Made by a program: the position numbers and the translations under genes
Notes under the pieces: model-generated
What the model was told of the DNA's origin: nothing
Databases searched by the model: none
What the model saw: the letters and a program-made list of their open reading frames with translations, nothing else
Part shown: one piece after another, positions 7,772 through 9,402 of the stretch
Layout: every line of letters starts with the position of its first letter
Numbering within the stretch: position 1 is the stretch's first letter
From: Octopus sinensis
Lineage: Eukaryota
Direction: 5' to 3'
NCBI RefSeq assembly: GCF_006345805.1
Contig: NW_021827974.1
Location: 1-9,402, forward strand
DNA length: 9,402 bases

Positions 7772-7793
7772 GGGTTGGGCCGAGTGGGTAGGG
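7772..7793 (+). other. Canonical G-quadruplex-forming motif
   Basis: GGG-TT-GGG-CCGAGT-GGG-TA-GGG fits G3N1-7 x4 with loops of 2, 6 and 2 nt. Folding and function are not shown. Confidence 0.6.
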
Positions 7794-7956
7794 CCTTGGC
7801 TCTAACTTAAATTCGTCTGTTTACGCTCAGCATTCCATTAAACACCCTAGGGGTGAGTAAATACTATCTTTTCCCTCATCCCGCTTTCATGTGACATTTA
7901 TAAATGGTTTGTATTTGGTCGTATGTATAGCATGTTTTGATATTTTTAGGTCTGTA

Positions 7957-8167
7957 AAGGCGTCGAGCTGGCAGGATCGTTAGCACGGCGGGTAAAATGC
8001 TTAGCGGCATTTCGTCTGTTTTAACGTTCTGAGTTCAAATTCCGCTGAAATCCATTCTGCCTTTCATTCTTTCGGGGTTGATAGAATAGGTACCAGTTCA
8101 TCAGTGGAGTCGTTATAATCGATCTGCCTCATCTCCCGAAATTGCCTCCAGAAATTTGAAATCAATT
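7957..8167 (+). mobile_element. Octopus OR-type tRNA-derived SINE, copy 1 (variant with gaaatttgaaatcaat tail)
   Basis: aaggcgtcgagctggcaggatcgttagcac...atgcttagcggcatttcg...B-box-like gagttcaaattcc...tttcattctttcggggttgat...taccagt...aatcga. Clearly homologous to copies 2-4. The family label is recalled. Confidence 0.85.
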
Positions 8168-8181
8168 TTTTTAGGTCTGTA

Positions 8182-8390
8182 AAGGTGACGAGTTGGCTGA
8201 ATTGTTAACACACCGGACAGAGTTCTTAATGGTTTTTCTTCTGATTCTTTAGGTTCTGAGTTCAGATTTCACTGTGGTCTACTTTACATTTCATCCTTTC
8301 GGGGTTCATAAAATAACCACTATTTGAGCATATGCGTCGATGTAATCGACTAACCCCTACATCATATCTCAGGCATTATGCCTACATAGG
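8182..8390 (+). mobile_element. Octopus OR-type SINE, copy 2
   Basis: aaggtgacgagttggctgaattgttaacac...ttctgagttcagatttc...tttcatcctttcggggtt...cgatgtaatcgactaaccc...caggcattatgccta. Confidence 0.8.
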
Positions 8391-8418
8391 AATTTGTTCC
8401 CTGCTATTTCAGGATTTC

Positions 8419-8640
8419 GAGTTCGTGAACTGGCAGAAACGTTATCACGTCGGACAAAATACTTAGCGGCATTTCTTCTGGCTCTTTACGTCCTGAGTTC
8501 AAATACCATTGTCGTTAACTTTGCATTTCATCCCTTCTGGGGCCAATATAATAGATACCAGCTGAACCCTGGCATCGATATAATCGACTGGACTCCTGTT
8601 CTAAATTTCAGGTCTGGTACCTACTGTAGAAAGAAATATG
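8419..8640 (+). mobile_element. Octopus OR-type SINE, copy 3
   Basis: gaactggcagaaacgttatcacgtcggacaaaatacttagcggcatttc...gagttcaaat...tttcatcccttctgggg...cgatataatcgactgg...aaatttcaggtctggtacctactgtagaaag. Confidence 0.85.
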
Positions 8641-8669
8641 TTTAGGTCTGTACGAGTCAACGAAGAAGT

Positions 8670-8850
8670 CTCTACATGCTCGTTTATTTTCTGGAAATCG
8701 CAGCCAATTCTCCCTCGTGTTACATGTTACAGTCTTATATAAAAACAAGACACATAGGATCATGTAGTCCTATATGCCGTCAAAAATACAAGATGGCCAT
8801 AGCTGGAATCAGATCATAGATCTATGTCTGTTAAGGTTGAGGTTAACATG
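8670..8850 (+). mobile_element. Degenerate 3' tail of an octopus retroposon (LINE/SINE tail)
   Basis: ctggaaatcgcagccaattctccctc...gacacataggatcatgtagtccta...gatggccatagctggaat...gatcataga resembles a high-copy octopus repeat end as I recall it. Not verifiable from this window alone. Confidence 0.45.
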
Positions 8851-9095
8851 TAACTAAGTAAATGGTCCTAAAGCCCACAAATTCCAGCTCCCCCTCCCCC
8901 TCCCCACCTATGTTCCACAAGTATTACTGAAAAGTTTTGCCCCACCCACTTTATTTTTGGCACCAAAATAATTCTTTCTTTCTTCACCAAGAAATTCGAC
9001 AAGTTTAACAAGCTGGAAGCCATTTCGATATACTTAGATATGGCAAATTATCCACCGCTCCCCTCACACACATACACATACACCATTTCATTCTC

Positions 9096-9129
9096 ACGGC
9101 CTCCGGCCGCACCCCGTTGGATGCCCCTG
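9096..9129 (-). mobile_element. Possible orphan hAT-like terminus
   Basis: The minus strand reads CAGGGGCATCCAACGGGGTGCGGCCGGAGGCCG, a GC-rich island starting with a CAGGGG...CCAAC hAT-style end. No partner TIR or 8-bp TSD was found in the window. Confidence 0.25.
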
Positions 9130-9186
9130 TTTCCCTTATGACAGACATTGGGCTAAACAACAGCTTCTATAACTAGTTTTCAGGAG

Positions 9187-9402
9187 GGTGAGGGCCTGGC
9201 AAAATCGTTAGAGCGTTGCCAACAAAAAAAAAATACATAAATAAATAAATTCCTTGTGATATTTGTTCTGGCTCTTTACATCTGACTTCAAGTTCTGCCG
9301 AGATCAAATTTATATTTTATCTTTTCGGAGTCGATAAAGTAAAGCGCTTGTCAAGTACTGGGTCAATGGAATCAACTTCGCCCTTCCCTTCAATTTTTCT
9401 GG
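9187..9402 (+). mobile_element. Octopus OR-type SINE, copy 4 (A-rich expansion in the head; runs off the window)
   Basis: ctggcaaaatcgttagagcg...[caaaaaaaaaatacataaataaataaat]...ttctggctctttacatctgacttcaagttctgccgag...cttttcggagtcgataaa...tactgggtcaatggaatcaac. Confidence 0.75.

Noticed and set aside
7773-7852. Plus-strand coding exon between gtgtAG and GTGAGT
   Set aside because: All three frames contain stops. It is kept only as a possible non-coding exon in the G4 finding.
8394-8645. 83-aa ORF MFPAISGFRVRELAETLS...
   Set aside because: It is almost entirely SINE copy 3 read in a chance open frame from a TTG start.
7945-8652. Repeat-spacer-like periodicity suggesting a CRISPR array
   Set aside because: The repeat is only 12 nt, the spacers are about 220 nt and homologous to each other (SINEs), the context is eukaryotic, and no cas genes are present.
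8890-8908. C-tract giving G5AG5AG4TG2 on the minus strand as a second G-quadruplex
   Set aside because: It has only three tracts of 3 or more G, so it fails the canonical pattern and is indistinguishable from a short (CCCCCT)n repeat.

Overview
AT-rich, microsatellite-dense eukaryotic DNA, intronic or intergenic. It is most likely from an octopus or other coleoid cephalopod: I recognise the SINE families from memory, not from a database search. There is no intact protein-coding gene, RNA gene or CRISPR array. The window holds three different decayed IS630-Tc1-mariner transposons. (A) A full-length 1290-bp irritans-like DD34D mariner at 2220-3509 (+), with 37-bp TIRs, TA target duplication and a transposase broken by about 4 lesions. 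(B) The 3' half of an older mellifera-like mariner on the minus strand (2154-2217 plus 3512-3959), which A has split. (C) A full-length rosa-like element at 5320-6607 (+) whose catalytic spacing is 38 residues. There are also about 8 tRNA-derived SINE copies or fragments: two inverted pairs, a head-to-tail triplet at 7945-8652 punctuated by a repeated 12-mer, and a further copy at the window end. Many (TA)n/(GT)n/(TACA)n tracts, one canonical G-quadruplex motif and two low-confidence candidate host exons complete the picture. I cannot support a new biological system here. The best leads are the 12-mer-punctuated SINE array, the 38-residue spacing of element C, the nested mariners, the inverted SINE pairs and a possible 47-nt exon.
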